Assembly: GCF_018881775.1 (NCBI RefSeq)
Contig: NZ_JACVPR010000001.1
Location: 1,164,318-1,196,317, forward strand
Reading direction: 5' to 3'
DNA: 32,000 bases
Origin: Polynucleobacter sp. MWH-Loch1C5
GTDB taxonomy: Bacteria > Pseudomonadota > Gammaproteobacteria > Burkholderiales > Burkholderiaceae
The notes beneath the pieces were generated by a model. The model worked only from the letters and a program-made list of their open reading frames with translations, was not told the origin of the DNA and did not search any database. Shown here one piece after another: positions 9,915-19,481 of the stretch (its first letter is position 1; each line of letters starts with the position of its first letter). The position numbers and the translations under genes were made by a program.

Positions 9915-11795
9915 ATGACGAACAAGTTGGATTCCATTCACAGTCCTGCCGATTTACGCAATTGCAGTAAAGCGGAGTTGGATGACTTAGCGATTGAGCT
10001 AAGACAATTTCTCTTAGATAGTGTTTCTAAGACTGGTGGACACTTGTCTTCTAATTTAGGCACCGTTGAGTTAACGATTGCTTTGCATTATGTTTTTGAG
10101 ACTCCTTACGATCGCTTAGTTTGGGATGTCGGCCACCAGAGTTACGCTCATAAGATTCTGACAGGTCGTAAAGATGCAATGTCTACTTTGCGTCAGTACG
10201 GTGGTATTTCAGGTTTCCCGCGCCGCTCTGAAAGTGAATACGATACCTTTGGCACAGCACACTCATCAACGAGTATTTCAGCTGCATTAGGCATGGCTTT
10301 GGGTGCCCGTGCTCAAGGTGAGAAGCGAGTTGCTGTGGCTGTCATCGGTGATGGTGCTATGAGTGCTGGTATGGCTTTTGAAGCGCTTAATAACGGTGGC
10401 ATCTATAAGGATTTGCCGCTAGTCGTGGTGTTAAATGATAACGATATGTCTATTTCACCTGCTGTGGGCGCGCTTAATCGTTACTTGGCACGTTTAATGA
10501 GCGGTCGTTTTTATGCAGCCACCAAAAAAGGTTTAGATAGTGTCTTATCAATGGCGCCACCATTACGTGAGTTTGCCAAACGTCTAGAAGAGCATGCCAA
10601 AGGCATGGTGGTGCCTGGCACTATTTTTGAGGAATTTGGCTTTAACTACATAGGCCCGATTGATGGACATGATCTCGATTCTTTGATCCCTACTTTGCAA
10701 AATGTCAGGCGTTTAGCTCTCGAGGGTGAAGGCCCACAGTTTTTGCATGTAGTGACTAAAAAAGGCCAAGGTTACAAATTAGCAGAAGCAGATCCGATTC
10801 TTTATCACGGCCCGGGTAAGTTTGATCCATCCCAAGGCATTAAGCCGAGCACGACAAGTAAAAAAACATTTACTCAAGTCTTTGGTGAATGGCTGTGCGA
10901 TATGGCGGCTGCGGATCCCAAATTGGTAGCTATCACCCCGGCTATGCGTGAAGGCTCTGGATTGGTTGAATTTGAAAGTCGTTTCCCACAACGTTATTTT
11001 GATGTGGGCATTGCTGAGCAGCACGCAGTTACTTTTTCCGGCGGTCTAGCTTGTGAAGGTTTAAAACCGGTAGTGGCGATTTATTCAACGTTTTTGCAGC
11101 GTGGCTATGATCAGTTGATTCATGACGTGGCTTTACAAGATTTGCCTGTGGTATTTGCATTAGATCGTGCAGGCTTAGTTGGTGCTGATGGTGCCACTCA
11201 TGCAGGCGCCTATGACATTCCATTCTTGCGTTGCGTACCTAATATGATTTTGATGGCCCCGGCTGATGAGGCAGAGTGCCGTGATCTTTTGACGACTGCT
11301 TATCGTCAAAATCATCCAAGTGCAGTGCGTTATCCGCGCGGTGCTGGTGTGGGTGCGGTAGTGAGTCAAGAATTAAAAGAGTTACCTTTAGGGCGTGGCG
11401 AAATCCGTCGTCAAGGTAAAAAAGTAGCGATTTTGGCTTTTGGAACATTGCTATACCCCGCCTTAGATGTGGCTGAGCGTATCGATGCCACTGTGGCCAA
11501 TATGCGTTTTATTAAGCCAATAGATGCCGATTTAGTTTGTTCTTTGGCTCGCACGCATGACTTGCTAGTGACCCTTGAAGAGGGTGCGATAGGCGGTGGT
11601 GCCGGCAGTGCATGCTTGGAAGTGTTAGCAGAGCAGGGTATTGAGGTGCCCTGTTTACAGCTCGGTTTACCCGATCGTTTTGTTGATCATGGTGATCATG
11701 CCCTACTCATGAAAGAATGTGGTCTGGATGTAGACGGCATTCAAAAAGCCATTCAGAAAAAACTGGATTTATCTCAAAAAAAGCGCGCAGCCTGA
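9915..11795 (+). CDS. dxs: 1-deoxy-D-xylulose-5-phosphate synthase
   Basis: 626-aa ORF with [13 protein letters not shown], the ThDP-binding motif [16 protein letters not shown] and a transketolase-like C-terminus. Confidence 0.95.
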   Translation: MTNKLDSIHSPADLRNCSKAELDDLAIELRQFLLDSVSKTGGHLSSNLGTVELTIALHYVFETPYDRLVWDVGHQSYAHKILTGRKDAMSTLRQYGGISGFPRRSESEYDTFGTAHSSTSISAALGMALGARAQGEKRVAVAVIGDGAMSAGMAFEALNNGGIYKDLPLVVVLNDNDMSISPAVGALNRYLARLMSGRFYAATKKGLDSVLSMAPPLREFAKRLEEHAKGMVVPGTIFEEFGFNYIGPIDGHDLDSLIPTLQNVRRLALEGEGPQFLHVVTKKGQGYKLAEADPILYHGPGKFDPSQGIKPSTTSKKTFTQVFGEWLCDMAAADPKLVAITPAMREGSGLVEFESRFPQRYFDVGIAEQHAVTFSGGLACEGLKPVVAIYSTFLQRGYDQLIHDVALQDLPVVFALDRAGLVGADGATHAGAYDIPFLRCVPNMILMAPADEAECRDLLTTAYRQNHPSAVRYPRGAGVGAVVSQELKELPLGRGEIRRQGKKVAILAFGTLLYPALDVAERIDATVANMRFIKPIDADLVCSLARTHDLLVTLEEGAIGGGAGSACLEVLAEQGIEVPCLQLGLPDRFVDHGDHALLMKECGLDVDGIQKAIQKKLDLSQKKRAA

Positions 11796-11815
11796 TTTTG
11801 TCGGACAATAACGTT

Positions 11816-12637
11816 ATGAACGATATCAACACCGCATTTCTTAAAGGGCAGGCTATGCCCGATGTGCAGTCCAGCCACGATCACCGTAACATTCCTATTA
11901 ATCGGGTGGGTGTTCGTGGTGTGCGTCATCCGATCTTGATTCAGGTGGGTGATACGGCGCAGCACACGGTGGCGACATTCGATTTAGATGTGGCTTTACC
12001 TGCAGACAAAAAAGGCACCCACATGTCTCGTTTTGTGGCTCTTTTGCAAGAGCAGCATCAGGCCTTAGATGCGGCATCGATTCGTGAAATGGCCAGCAAA
12101 ATGCTGGATCTTTTGGATGCAACAGCAGGTCAGATTCAGTTCAAATACACCCAGTTCATCAATAAAACTGCACCTGTATCAGGTGTACAAAGTTTGTTGG
12201 ATTACGACGTCAGCTGGGATGTGCGTGCTGAAAAAATCAATGGTCAAGCGCAAACAACTCTCTACCTACAAGCGGTGGTTCCTGTCACGAGTTTGTGCCC
12301 ATGTTCTAAAGAAATCTCAGAGTATGGCGCTCACAATCAGCGTTCACATGTCACCATGAAGGTTGAGTTGGCTCAGGATGCTAAATTAGATTTAGAAGAG
12401 TTGGTCAAGATTGCTGAAAGCCAAGCCTCTTGTGAGTTATGGGGTCTTTTGAAGCGCCCCGATGAAAAGTACGTCACCGAGCGTGCGTATGACAACCCTA
12501 AGTTTGTAGAAGACTTAGTGCGTGATGTCGCCGGACAATTAAAGGCAGACAAGCGTATTCAGAGTTTTGTGGTTGAAGCTGAAAACTTTGAATCGATTCA
12601 CAATCATAGTGCTTACGCACTGATTTCATCTAACTGA
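11816..12637 (+). CDS. folE2: GTP cyclohydrolase I type 2 (FolE2/GCYH-IB)
   Basis: KGTHMSRF and [10 protein letters not shown] motifs. ATG at 11816 (MNDINTAF) lies just after the dxs stop. The ORF-track extension overlaps dxs. Confidence 0.85.
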   Translation: MNDINTAFLKGQAMPDVQSSHDHRNIPINRVGVRGVRHPILIQVGDTAQHTVATFDLDVALPADKKGTHMSRFVALLQEQHQALDAASIREMASKMLDLLDATAGQIQFKYTQFINKTAPVSGVQSLLDYDVSWDVRAEKINGQAQTTLYLQAVVPVTSLCPCSKEISEYGAHNQRSHVTMKVELAQDAKLDLEELVKIAESQASCELWGLLKRPDEKYVTERAYDNPKFVEDLVRDVAGQLKADKRIQSFVVEAENFESIHNHSAYALISSN

Positions 12638-13668
12638 TCTAGAGGCCAGCGCGGCCTCACATCAAAGCTGCGACTGCTTGTGGCCAAGCTAGGGTTTTGT
12701 GCCAAGCGCATGGCTCCTGCAAAGGCAATCATGGCGCCATTATCGGTGCACAAATGAAGGGGCGGGTAATGTACTTTTGCGCCAATTAATTCGCAAGCAT
12801 GATTGAGGTGTTCGCGTAATTGCACGTTAGCGCCAACACCGCCAGCGACGATTAAATGCTGTTGTTCATGAGTATTGAGTGCCGCAATACATTTTTCAGT
12901 AATGACTTCAGTGATCGCTGCCACGAATGAGGCGGCGATATCAGCTTTCGCAGATGGTTCTAAATTTTCTGTCCCGCCTAACTTTTTCACTTGTGTGAGG
13001 ACCGCAGTCTTTAAACCAGCAAATGAAAAATCTAAATCTTTTGAGTGCAGCATAGGTCGTGGGAAGTTAAAGCGCTCGCTCTGACCTGATTCTGCGAGAG
13101 CGGAGACTTGCGGTCCACCCGGATAGGGAAGACCTAATAACTTGGCTGTTTTGTCAAAGGCTTCGCCAGCCGCATCATCGAGTGTCTCGCCTAGGATGAT
13201 GTATTGCCCCAGACCTTTGACAAGCATCAGTTGTGTGTGCCCCCCTGACACTAAGAGAGCAATAAATGGAAATTCGAGAGGATTCTTCTGCCCTAGCAAA
13301 GGTGACAAAAGATGACCTTCAAGATGATGGATTCCTATGGTTGGAATACCGAGAGCCATTCCTAAAGCTTTCGCTACCGAGGTTCCGACGAGTAGCGCAC
13401 CTGCCAAGCCTGGCCCTTGGGTATAAGCGATCGCATCGATGCTATGAAGATCAGCCCCAGAATCTTTAACTACTTGATTAATAAGGGGAATAATCCTTTT
13501 GATATGATCGCGTGATGCTAATTCAGGGACTACGCCCCCGTAATTTTGGTGCATCGCGATTTGCGAATAAAGGGCTTGACCTTTGATTTCAAAGGAATTA
13601 TTTCCGCTAACCTCGACAATCGCTAGGCCGGTTTCATCACAAGAAGTTTCTATACCAAGAACTCGCAT
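12613..13668 (-). CDS. tsaD: tRNA N6-adenosine threonylcarbamoyltransferase
   Basis: 351-aa ORF with [21 protein letters not shown] metal site and GGVGAN. It is divergent from rpsU, as in E. coli. Confidence 0.95.
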   Translation of the reverse strand: MRVLGIETSCDETGLAIVEVSGNNSFEIKGQALYSQIAMHQNYGGVVPELASRDHIKRIIPLINQVVKDSGADLHSIDAIAYTQGPGLAGALLVGTSVAKALGMALGIPTIGIHHLEGHLLSPLLGQKNPLEFPFIALLVSGGHTQLMLVKGLGQYIILGETLDDAAGEAFDKTAKLLGLPYPGGPQVSALAESGQSERFNFPRPMLHSKDLDFSFAGLKTAVLTQVKKLGGTENLEPSAKADIAASFVAAITEVITEKCIAALNTHEQQHLIVAGGVGANVQLREHLNHACELIGAKVHYPPLHLCTDNGAMIAFAGAMRLAQNPSLATSSRSFDVRPRWPLDQLDEISA

Positions 13669-13683
13669 AACAGTATTTTGCCG

Positions 13684-13692
13684 TGCTACAAT
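13684..13692 (+). promoter_or_regulatory. Candidate extended -10 promoter element (TGcTACAAT) for rpsU operon
   Basis: TG-n-TACAAT lies about 55 bp upstream of the rpsU ATG. No convincing -35 was found. Motif match only. Confidence 0.3.
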
Positions 13693-13745
13693 CTCGTTTT
13701 ACAGTTTTTTCTGACTAAATCAGAACATTTTTTAGAGTAAACAGC

Positions 13746-13958
13746 ATGACAACTATCCGCTTACGCGAAAACGAACCTTTTGAAGTGGCATTACGCCGTT
13801 TTAAGCGCGCTATTGAAAAGAATGGCCTCTTAACTGAACTCCGTGCTCGTGAGTTTTATGAAAAGCCAACTACAGAGCGCAAGCGCTTGAAGGCTGCTGC
13901 TGCGAAACGTCATTACAAGCGTATCCGCAGCCAGATGTTGCCTAAGAAAATGTACTAA
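13746..13958 (+). CDS. rpsU: 30S ribosomal protein S21
   Basis: 70-aa basic protein ([26 protein letters not shown]...[12 protein letters not shown]). Confidence 0.95.
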   Translation: MTTIRLRENEPFEVALRRFKRAIEKNGLLTELRAREFYEKPTTERKRLKAAAAKRHYKRIRSQMLPKKMY

Positions 13959-13996
13959 TTCTTTTCCGGGCAAGCATACTTGCCTTGGGATACGAT

Positions 13997-14031
13997 AAAC
14001 CCACTGCGGATATGCCCAGTGGGTTTTTTTA
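13997..14031 (+). terminator. Rho-independent terminator/attenuator after rpsU
   Basis: Stem AAACCCACTG / CAGTGGGTTT with a 10-nt loop, followed by a T run. It is positioned like the internal terminator of the rpsU-dnaG-rpoD operon. Confidence 0.6.
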
Positions 14032-14043
14032 TTTGGAGAAAAA

Positions 14044-14490
14044 ATGAGCCTGAAAGACAGCATTACAGAAGATATGAAATCCGCCATGCGTGCCAAAGAT
14101 ACGGAGCGTTTGGGGACCATTCGTTTATTACTGGCTGCGATGAAGCAAAAAGAAGTAGATGAGCGTATTGAGTTAGATGACGCTGCCGTGTTGGCCATCA
14201 TTGAAAAACTCATTAAGCAACGTAAAGACTCCATCAGTCAATTTCAAGCGGCCGGTCGTGATGATTTGGTTGCTAAAGAGCAAGCCGAATTAGTGGTTTT
14301 GCAAGCCTACATGCCAGCACAATTATCAGAAGAAGAAGTGCGTGCGGCAGTCTCCGCTGCGATTGCACAGGTGGGCGCCGTGGGTCCTCAGGATATGGGT
14401 AAGGTCATGGGTGTTGTAAAACCTCAATTGGCTGGCAAGGCCGATATGGGAATGGTTTCCGCAGCCGTGAAAGCCTTGCTCACCAAATAA
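14044..14490 (+). CDS. GatB/YqeY domain-containing protein
   Basis: 148-aa ORF (MSLKDSITEDMKSAMRAKD...QAAGRDDLVAKEQAE) located between rpsU and dnaG. Confidence 0.85.
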   Translation: MSLKDSITEDMKSAMRAKDTERLGTIRLLLAAMKQKEVDERIELDDAAVLAIIEKLIKQRKDSISQFQAAGRDDLVAKEQAELVVLQAYMPAQLSEEEVRAAVSAAIAQVGAVGPQDMGKVMGVVKPQLAGKADMGMVSAAVKALLTK

Positions 14491-14505
14491 TTTCTGATTG
14501 ACCGC

Positions 14506-16287
14506 ATGATTCCACAATCATTTATCACTGACTTACTCAATCGTGTTGATGTGGTTGAGATTGTGGGTCGTCATGTCACGCTCAAAAAGGCAGGCGCTAA
14601 TTTTCAGGGCCTATGCCCTTTTCATAACGAAAAATCTCCCTCTTTTAGTGTGTCACCCACTAAGCAGTTTTATCACTGCTTCGGTTGTGGCGCTCATGGT
14701 TCGGCCATTAGTTTTTTAATGGAATACTCGGGTCTGACTTATGTCGAGGCCATAGAAGACTTGGCGCGCTCAATCGGGTTAACGGTACCTAAAGAAGAGC
14801 GTCGACCTGCTGATGTGCAAAAGCAAAAGCAAGCATTGGCGATGGGTGAGATGATGGAGCGAGCGGCTAACTACTATCGTCAAGAGTTAAAGCAAAGTCA
14901 GCGTGCCATCGACTATCTTAAGGGTCGTGGTTTGAGTGGTGAAATCGCGAAACGTTATAGCTTGGGTTATGCCCCAGATGCCTGGCAGAGTCTTGAAGCT
15001 GTATTTGGCAGTTATCAGCAGGATGAGCTGGCGAAAGTGCTCATTGAAGCAGGGATGGTGATTCAATCAGAGAGTAAGCGCTACGACCGCTTTCGAGATC
15101 GCGTCATGTTTCCAATACGCAATACTAAGGGTCAAGTGATTGCCTTTGGGGGGCGCATCATTGATGCGGGTGAGCCTAAGTATTTGAACTCTCCCGAGAC
15201 ACCACTTTTCTCCAAAGGACATACTCTCTATGGCCTTTTTGAAGGGCGCTTAGGAATTCGTGACAAAGGCTATGTGATTGTGTGCGAAGGCTATATGGAT
15301 GTAGTCGCTCTGGCACAACTGGGATTTCCGAATGCTGTGGCTACCCTTGGAACGGCCTGTACTTCTCATCATGTGCGCTCATTAATGCGTCAAGCTGATC
15401 GTATCGTGTTTTCCTTTGATGGCGATGCTGCCGGTCGTCGAGCGGCAAAAAGAGCGTTAGAAGCTACTTTGCCAATGATGGCCGATGACAAAGCAGTGAG
15501 CTTTTTATTTTTACCCACAGAGCATGATCCCGATAGTTATGTCAGGGCTTATGGACAAGAAGCTTTTGAAGCGGCAATACGTTCAGCCATGCCTTTGTCA
15601 GAGTATTTAATTGAAGTAGCCGCAGAAGAACAGGATTTAAAAACGCCTGAGGGTCGTGCGCAAACCCAGTTTCATGCAAAACCTCTCATCGCAGCCATGC
15701 CAGCGATTGCCTTGCGTAGTCAAATTCTGCATGAGTTGGCGCGCCGACTGGTCATCAGTGTGCCAGAGCTAGAGAGCTTTATGGGTTTGAAAACAGCGCA
15801 AAAAGTGACTGAAAGCGTCAAGCCAACACCAGAAAAAAAAGAAAAGGCGGCTAGCCAGTCTGTCGATTTAGCCCAACAAATCGTTAAGCTGTTAATGCTC
15901 TACCCAGCCTTGGGTAAGCGCATTGATCAATTTCAGAAACAGCTCATTCTGTGGGTGGCAGAAAAGCGCTCAGTCAAAGCTCACGAGCTTATGCAAGATT
16001 TATTGAGTCAGTGCGAACAAATGCCACCGAATGTAGGCTTTGCGGTTTTTCAAGAGCAATTGGACCAAAGTGCTCATGCAAAAACCTATGCCGTATTAAG
16101 AGAGCGTCTGATGAGTACTGAATTAAGTTACGAATATGCTCAAGAAGATTTCTTTGGCATGCTCAAAAAGCTCGAATTGCAGTCTTATAAGGAAGAAATG
16201 ACGGCCATAGCCCAAAGAATGGGTGAAGGTAAGGCTTTACCTGGGGATCCCGAAAAATACCGTGAATTAATGGCAAAACTGAAATAA
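14506..16287 (+). CDS. dnaG: DNA primase
   Basis: Zinc ribbon CPFHNEKSPSFSV...YHCFGCGAHG, Toprim motifs EGYMDV and FDGDAAG, and a C-terminal helicase-interaction region. Confidence 0.95.
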   Translation: MIPQSFITDLLNRVDVVEIVGRHVTLKKAGANFQGLCPFHNEKSPSFSVSPTKQFYHCFGCGAHGSAISFLMEYSGLTYVEAIEDLARSIGLTVPKEERRPADVQKQKQALAMGEMMERAANYYRQELKQSQRAIDYLKGRGLSGEIAKRYSLGYAPDAWQSLEAVFGSYQQDELAKVLIEAGMVIQSESKRYDRFRDRVMFPIRNTKGQVIAFGGRIIDAGEPKYLNSPETPLFSKGHTLYGLFEGRLGIRDKGYVIVCEGYMDVVALAQLGFPNAVATLGTACTSHHVRSLMRQADRIVFSFDGDAAGRRAAKRALEATLPMMADDKAVSFLFLPTEHDPDSYVRAYGQEAFEAAIRSAMPLSEYLIEVAAEEQDLKTPEGRAQTQFHAKPLIAAMPAIALRSQILHELARRLVISVPELESFMGLKTAQKVTESVKPTPEKKEKAASQSVDLAQQIVKLLMLYPALGKRIDQFQKQLILWVAEKRSVKAHELMQDLLSQCEQMPPNVGFAVFQEQLDQSAHAKTYAVLRERLMSTELSYEYAQEDFFGMLKKLELQSYKEEMTAIAQRMGEGKALPGDPEKYRELMAKLK

Positions 16288-16411
16288 TCTGGAAAAACTA
16301 CACTGAGCCGACTATAATAGAAGGTTTTCTGAATTCCAATTAAATTCAAGAACTTAGGGTGGCCCAGTCGGCCCCCCACTGGCTCTTGATTAAAGTTAGT
16401 GAGCACAAACT

Positions 16412-18928
16412 ATGGCTGTTGCAAAATCAAAAAAAACGATCACCAAAGCAGTTTTGAAAAAGACTGCAGCTAAGCCAGCGGCTAAAAAGCCAGTGGCCAA
16501 GAAGTTAGCCAAACCTGCTGCTAAAAAGGCGGTTGTTAAAAAGCCAGTGGCTAAAAAAGCAGCAGCTAAGCCAGCGGCTAAAAAGCCGGTGGCCAAGAAG
16601 GTAGTCAAACCTGCTGCAAAGAAGCCGGTGGTTAAAAAGCCAGTGGCTAAAAAAGCAGCAGCTAAGCCAGCAGCTAAAAAGCCAGTGGCCAAGAAAGTGG
16701 CTAAACCTGTTGCTAAGAAGCCGGTGCCTAAGAAGGTGGCTAAACCAGTCAAGCCAGTAAAAGTAGAAAAAGGTCCAACGAAAGCTGAAATTAGAGCCGC
16801 AGAGCAAGCTAAGAAAAAAGAACTCCAAGCTCAGTTAAAGCTAGAAAAGCAATTACAAAAACAATTAGAAAAAGAACAAAAAAAGGCTGCGGCTGAAGCT
16901 GCTGCTGCATTAGCTGTTCCCAAAAAGCGTGGCCGCAAACCAAAAGTGGTTGAGCCAGGTGATCCAAATGTTGATCAACGTACAGACCGCCAAAAAGCAC
17001 GTGATCGTAAGGCTAAAGAAAAAGCCTTGCTACAAGAATTCAATGCCCAGAAACTAGGTAGTGAAGAACAGCAAGAGTTACGTCGTGCGCGTTTGAAGCA
17101 GTTGATCAAGATGGGTAAGTCTCGTGGTTATTTGACCCATGGCGAAATCAATGACGTGATGTCTGACGAGATCTCTGATGCAGATTCATTAGAGACTTTG
17201 ATTGGCTTGTTAAGCGATATTGGTATTACTGTTTATGAGCAAGCTCCTGATGCTGAGACTTTGCTGCTCAATGAAAATGCGCCATCAGCCACTACAGAAG
17301 AAGAAGCTGAAGAAGAGGCTGAGGCTGCTTTATCAACGGTCGATTCTGAGTTTGGTAGAACGACTGATCCAGTACGTATGTATATGCGTGAGATGGGTAC
17401 AGTTGATTTGTTGACGCGTGAAGGCGAGATTGTTATTGCCAAAAAGATCGAAGCTGGTCTTAAAGATATGGTGATGGCTTTGTCTGCATGCCCGGTCACC
17501 ATTGCAGAAATTTTAGATAACGCGCAAAAGATTAAAGATGCCACTATGGAAATCGACGAGTTCGTCGATGGTCTCGTGGACCCTAACGCTGAAGATATCC
17601 CTATGTCTGCTGCAGAAGAAGAGGAAGACCTCGATGATGCTGACGAAGATGAAGATGACATGGACGAAGAAGGCGGCGGCGGTGGTGCTAGTGCGGCCTC
17701 AGCTAAACAATTAGAGGAGTTGAAGCAACTTTCACTCGAAAAGTTTGATGTGATTCGCGCGCAATTTGAAAAAATGCGTCGTGCACATGAGCGTGAAGGA
17801 TATAACTCGCCCGCTTATAAGAAAGCGCAAGAAGTGATTCGTAATGAACTCATGGGTTTCAGATTTACAGCGAAATCTGTTGAGAAGTTGTGTGACACCA
17901 TGCGCAAGCAGGTCGATGAGGTATGGACTTTAGAGCGTAATTTGGTCGGTTTGCTGGCGAATAAGGTCGGTGTGCCTCGTAATGAAGTTCTAGCTGCATT
18001 GCCTAAACAGGCTTTGAATTTGAAGTGGACTGCTAACTTACTCAAGGAAGCCAAGCCTTATAGCGCCATTCTCGAGCGTAACGTACCAGCAATTCAAGAG
18101 ATTCAGCAAAAACTGATTGATATTCAGAGCGCAGTTGTGTTGCCGCTTGCAGAATTGAAAGAAGTCAATAAGCGCATGAACGAGGGTGAAAAGCGTGCTC
18201 GTGAAGCGAAGCGTGAAATGACTGTAGCTAACTTGCGTTTGGTTATTTCGATTGCGAAAAAATATACCAACCGCGGTTTACAGTTCTTGGATTTGATTCA
18301 AGAGGGCAATATTGGTTTGATGAAGGCGGTTGATAAGTTTGAATATCGTCGTGGTTATAAATTCTCTACCTATGCTACTTGGTGGATTCGTCAGGCGATC
18401 ACACGTTCTATTGCCGATCAGGCAAGAACCATCCGTATTCCAGTCCATATGATTGAGACGATCAATAAGATGAATCGTATTAGTCGTCAAATCTTGCAAG
18501 AGACCGGTATTGAGCCAGATGCTGCAACTTTAGCGCAGAAGATGGAAATTCCTGAAGACAAGATTCGTAAAATTATGAAGATTGCTAAGGAACCTATCTC
18601 TATGGAGACACCGATTGGTGATGATGAGGACTCGCATTTGGGTGACTTCATCGAAGATACCAACACCTTGGCTCCTGCAGAAGCAGCTTTACATGATTCG
18701 ATGCGTGATGTTGTCAAAGATATTTTGGACTCACTCACACCTCGTGAGGCTAAGGTTCTCAGAATGCGCTTTGGTATTGAGATGAGTACCGACCATACGC
18801 TGGAAGAGGTTGGTAAACAGTTTGATGTCACGCGTGAGCGTATTCGTCAGATTGAAGCCAAAGCTTTGCGCAAAATGCGTCATCCAAGCAGAAGCGACAA
18901 ACTCAAGAGCTTCTTAGAGGGAGATTAA
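16412..18928 (+). CDS. rpoD: RNA polymerase sigma-70 (housekeeping) with long Lys/Ala/Pro-rich N-terminal extension
   Basis: Region 1.1-like segment starts near residue 220 ([23 protein letters not shown]). Region 2 [12 protein letters not shown] and region 4.2 [30 protein letters not shown] are present. Residues 1-215 are extra and in the same ORF with no intervening stop. Confidence 0.95.
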   Translation: MAVAKSKKTITKAVLKKTAAKPAAKKPVAKKLAKPAAKKAVVKKPVAKKAAAKPAAKKPVAKKVVKPAAKKPVVKKPVAKKAAAKPAAKKPVAKKVAKPVAKKPVPKKVAKPVKPVKVEKGPTKAEIRAAEQAKKKELQAQLKLEKQLQKQLEKEQKKAAAEAAAALAVPKKRGRKPKVVEPGDPNVDQRTDRQKARDRKAKEKALLQEFNAQKLGSEEQQELRRARLKQLIKMGKSRGYLTHGEINDVMSDEISDADSLETLIGLLSDIGITVYEQAPDAETLLLNENAPSATTEEEAEEEAEAALSTVDSEFGRTTDPVRMYMREMGTVDLLTREGEIVIAKKIEAGLKDMVMALSACPVTIAEILDNAQKIKDATMEIDEFVDGLVDPNAEDIPMSAAEEEEDLDDADEDEDDMDEEGGGGGASAASAKQLEELKQLSLEKFDVIRAQFEKMRRAHEREGYNSPAYKKAQEVIRNELMGFRFTAKSVEKLCDTMRKQVDEVWTLERNLVGLLANKVGVPRNEVLAALPKQALNLKWTANLLKEAKPYSAILERNVPAIQEIQQKLIDIQSAVVLPLAELKEVNKRMNEGEKRAREAKREMTVANLRLVISIAKKYTNRGLQFLDLIQEGNIGLMKAVDKFEYRRGYKFSTYATWWIRQAITRSIADQARTIRIPVHMIETINKMNRISRQILQETGIEPDAATLAQKMEIPEDKIRKIMKIAKEPISMETPIGDDEDSHLGDFIEDTNTLAPAEAALHDSMRDVVKDILDSLTPREAKVLRMRFGIEMSTDHTLEEVGKQFDVTRERIRQIEAKALRKMRHPSRSDKLKSFLEGD
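16466..16753 (+). repeat. Three tandem copies of a 96-bp coding repeat (32-aa [13 protein letters not shown]... unit)
   Basis: GCAGCTAAGCCAGC(G/A)GCTAAAAAGCC recurs at 16466, 16562 and 16658, an exact 96-bp period, inside the rpoD 5' region. Confidence 0.85.
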
Positions 18929-18935
18929 GCAATAA

Positions 18936-18977
18936 GGGCCCTTAGCTCAGTTGGTTAGAGCAGAGGACTCATAATCC
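18936..18977 (+). pseudogene. 5' half of split host tRNA (CAT anticodon, tRNA-Ile2/ileX-like)
   Basis: GGGCCCT-TA-GCTC-AGTTGGTTA-GAGC-A-GAGGA-CTCATAA-TCC gives the acceptor 5' strand, D arm, anticodon stem 5' strand and loop. The sequence then diverges into island DNA (ATTCACCCGG...). Confidence 0.85.
18968..18977 (+). repeat. attL core (CTCATAATCC)
   Basis: Identical 10-mer at 24695-24704. It corresponds to the anticodon loop plus 3 nt of the split tRNA. Confidence 0.75.
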
Positions 18978-19139
18978 ATTCACCCGGATTGTCCAAAGCT
19001 CTAAAATCCAGTAAAATAAAGGCTTACAGCGTTTTTTTACAAATAAAATCTGCTTACACACCACTTACACACTTTTTCAGCTTTTTAGGGGTGGTTTTGT
19101 GGAGGTTAGCAGCAGTAGTGAAATGAAGGGGGTGTGGCG

Positions 19140-19307
19140 ATGTATAAGGCGCAATACAAAGCGAACAACGCATATGAGAGTTGGACGAACATCGGCACAT
19201 ACAGCAGTGAGAGTGAAGCGATGAATGTGGCGATGAAGAAAAAGAACAGCGGCGCACTGATGGTGAGAGTAATCGATAGAAACGGCAGCGTGGTGTATTC
19301 AGGTTAA
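19140..19307 (+). CDS. 55-aa hypothetical protein (MYKAQYKANNAYESWTNIGTYSSESEAMNVAMKKKNSGALMVRVIDRNGSVVYSG)
   Basis: Read by hand; below the ORF-track size cutoff. ATG is preceded by AAGGGGG 8 nt upstream. It has the island-type T-poor codon usage and ends 9 nt before the element tRNA. Confidence 0.45.
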   Translation: MYKAQYKANNAYESWTNIGTYSSESEAMNVAMKKKNSGALMVRVIDRNGSVVYSG

Positions 19308-19316
19308 AACACAAAA

Positions 19317-19391
19317 GGGCCTATAGCTTAATGGTAAAGCAGGCGACTCATAATCGCTTGAGTGCTGGTTCGATTCCAGCTGGGCCCACCA
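19317..19391 (+). tRNA. Element-encoded complete tRNA with CAT anticodon (Ile2/k2C-type candidate; elongator Met not excluded)
   Basis: 75 nt: GGGCCTA-TA-GCTT-AATGGTA-AAGC-A-GGCGA-CTCATAA-TCGCT-TGAGT-GCTGG-TTCGATT-CCAGC-TGGGCCC-A-CCA. All four stems pair, with one G-T in the acceptor. C4-G69 and C5-G68 are present. No C1-A72 initiator feature. Confidence 0.85.
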
Positions 19392-19400
19392 AATACATAC

Positions 19401-19430
19401 AGAGCTGCTACCGATAGCAGCTCTTTTTTT
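19401..19430 (+). terminator. Rho-independent terminator after element tRNA
   Basis: Perfect 10-bp stem AGAGCTGCTA / TAGCAGCTCT, loop CCGA, followed by a T run. Confidence 0.75.
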
Positions 19431-19481
19431 GTCTGCGGTGTTTTGATTGTCCAAACTATTTAATGACACTACAGTAGCGAT

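Noticed and set aside
16412-16760. Repeat array considered as a CRISPR-like or separate histone-like gene
   Set aside because: The units are contiguous 96-bp tandem repeats without spacers. They are in frame with rpoD and no stop codon separates them from it.
16396-16828. Antisense ORFs (118 aa and 107 aa) opposite the rpoD 5' repeat region
   Set aside because: They are mirror translations of the GC-balanced KPAA tandem repeat (Gly/Leu/Ala/Phe low-complexity) and lie wholly inside a well-supported rpoD frame.
19317-19391. Alternative reading: the tRNA at 19317 is the host integration target (canonical tRNA-int arrangement) and the island starts after it
   Set aside because: No repeat of its 3' part is found at the far end. 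The 340 bp to its left already has island-type composition and CTTACAC repeats. The outer half-tRNAs fit together perfectly across a 10-bp core, which places the boundaries outside this tRNA.
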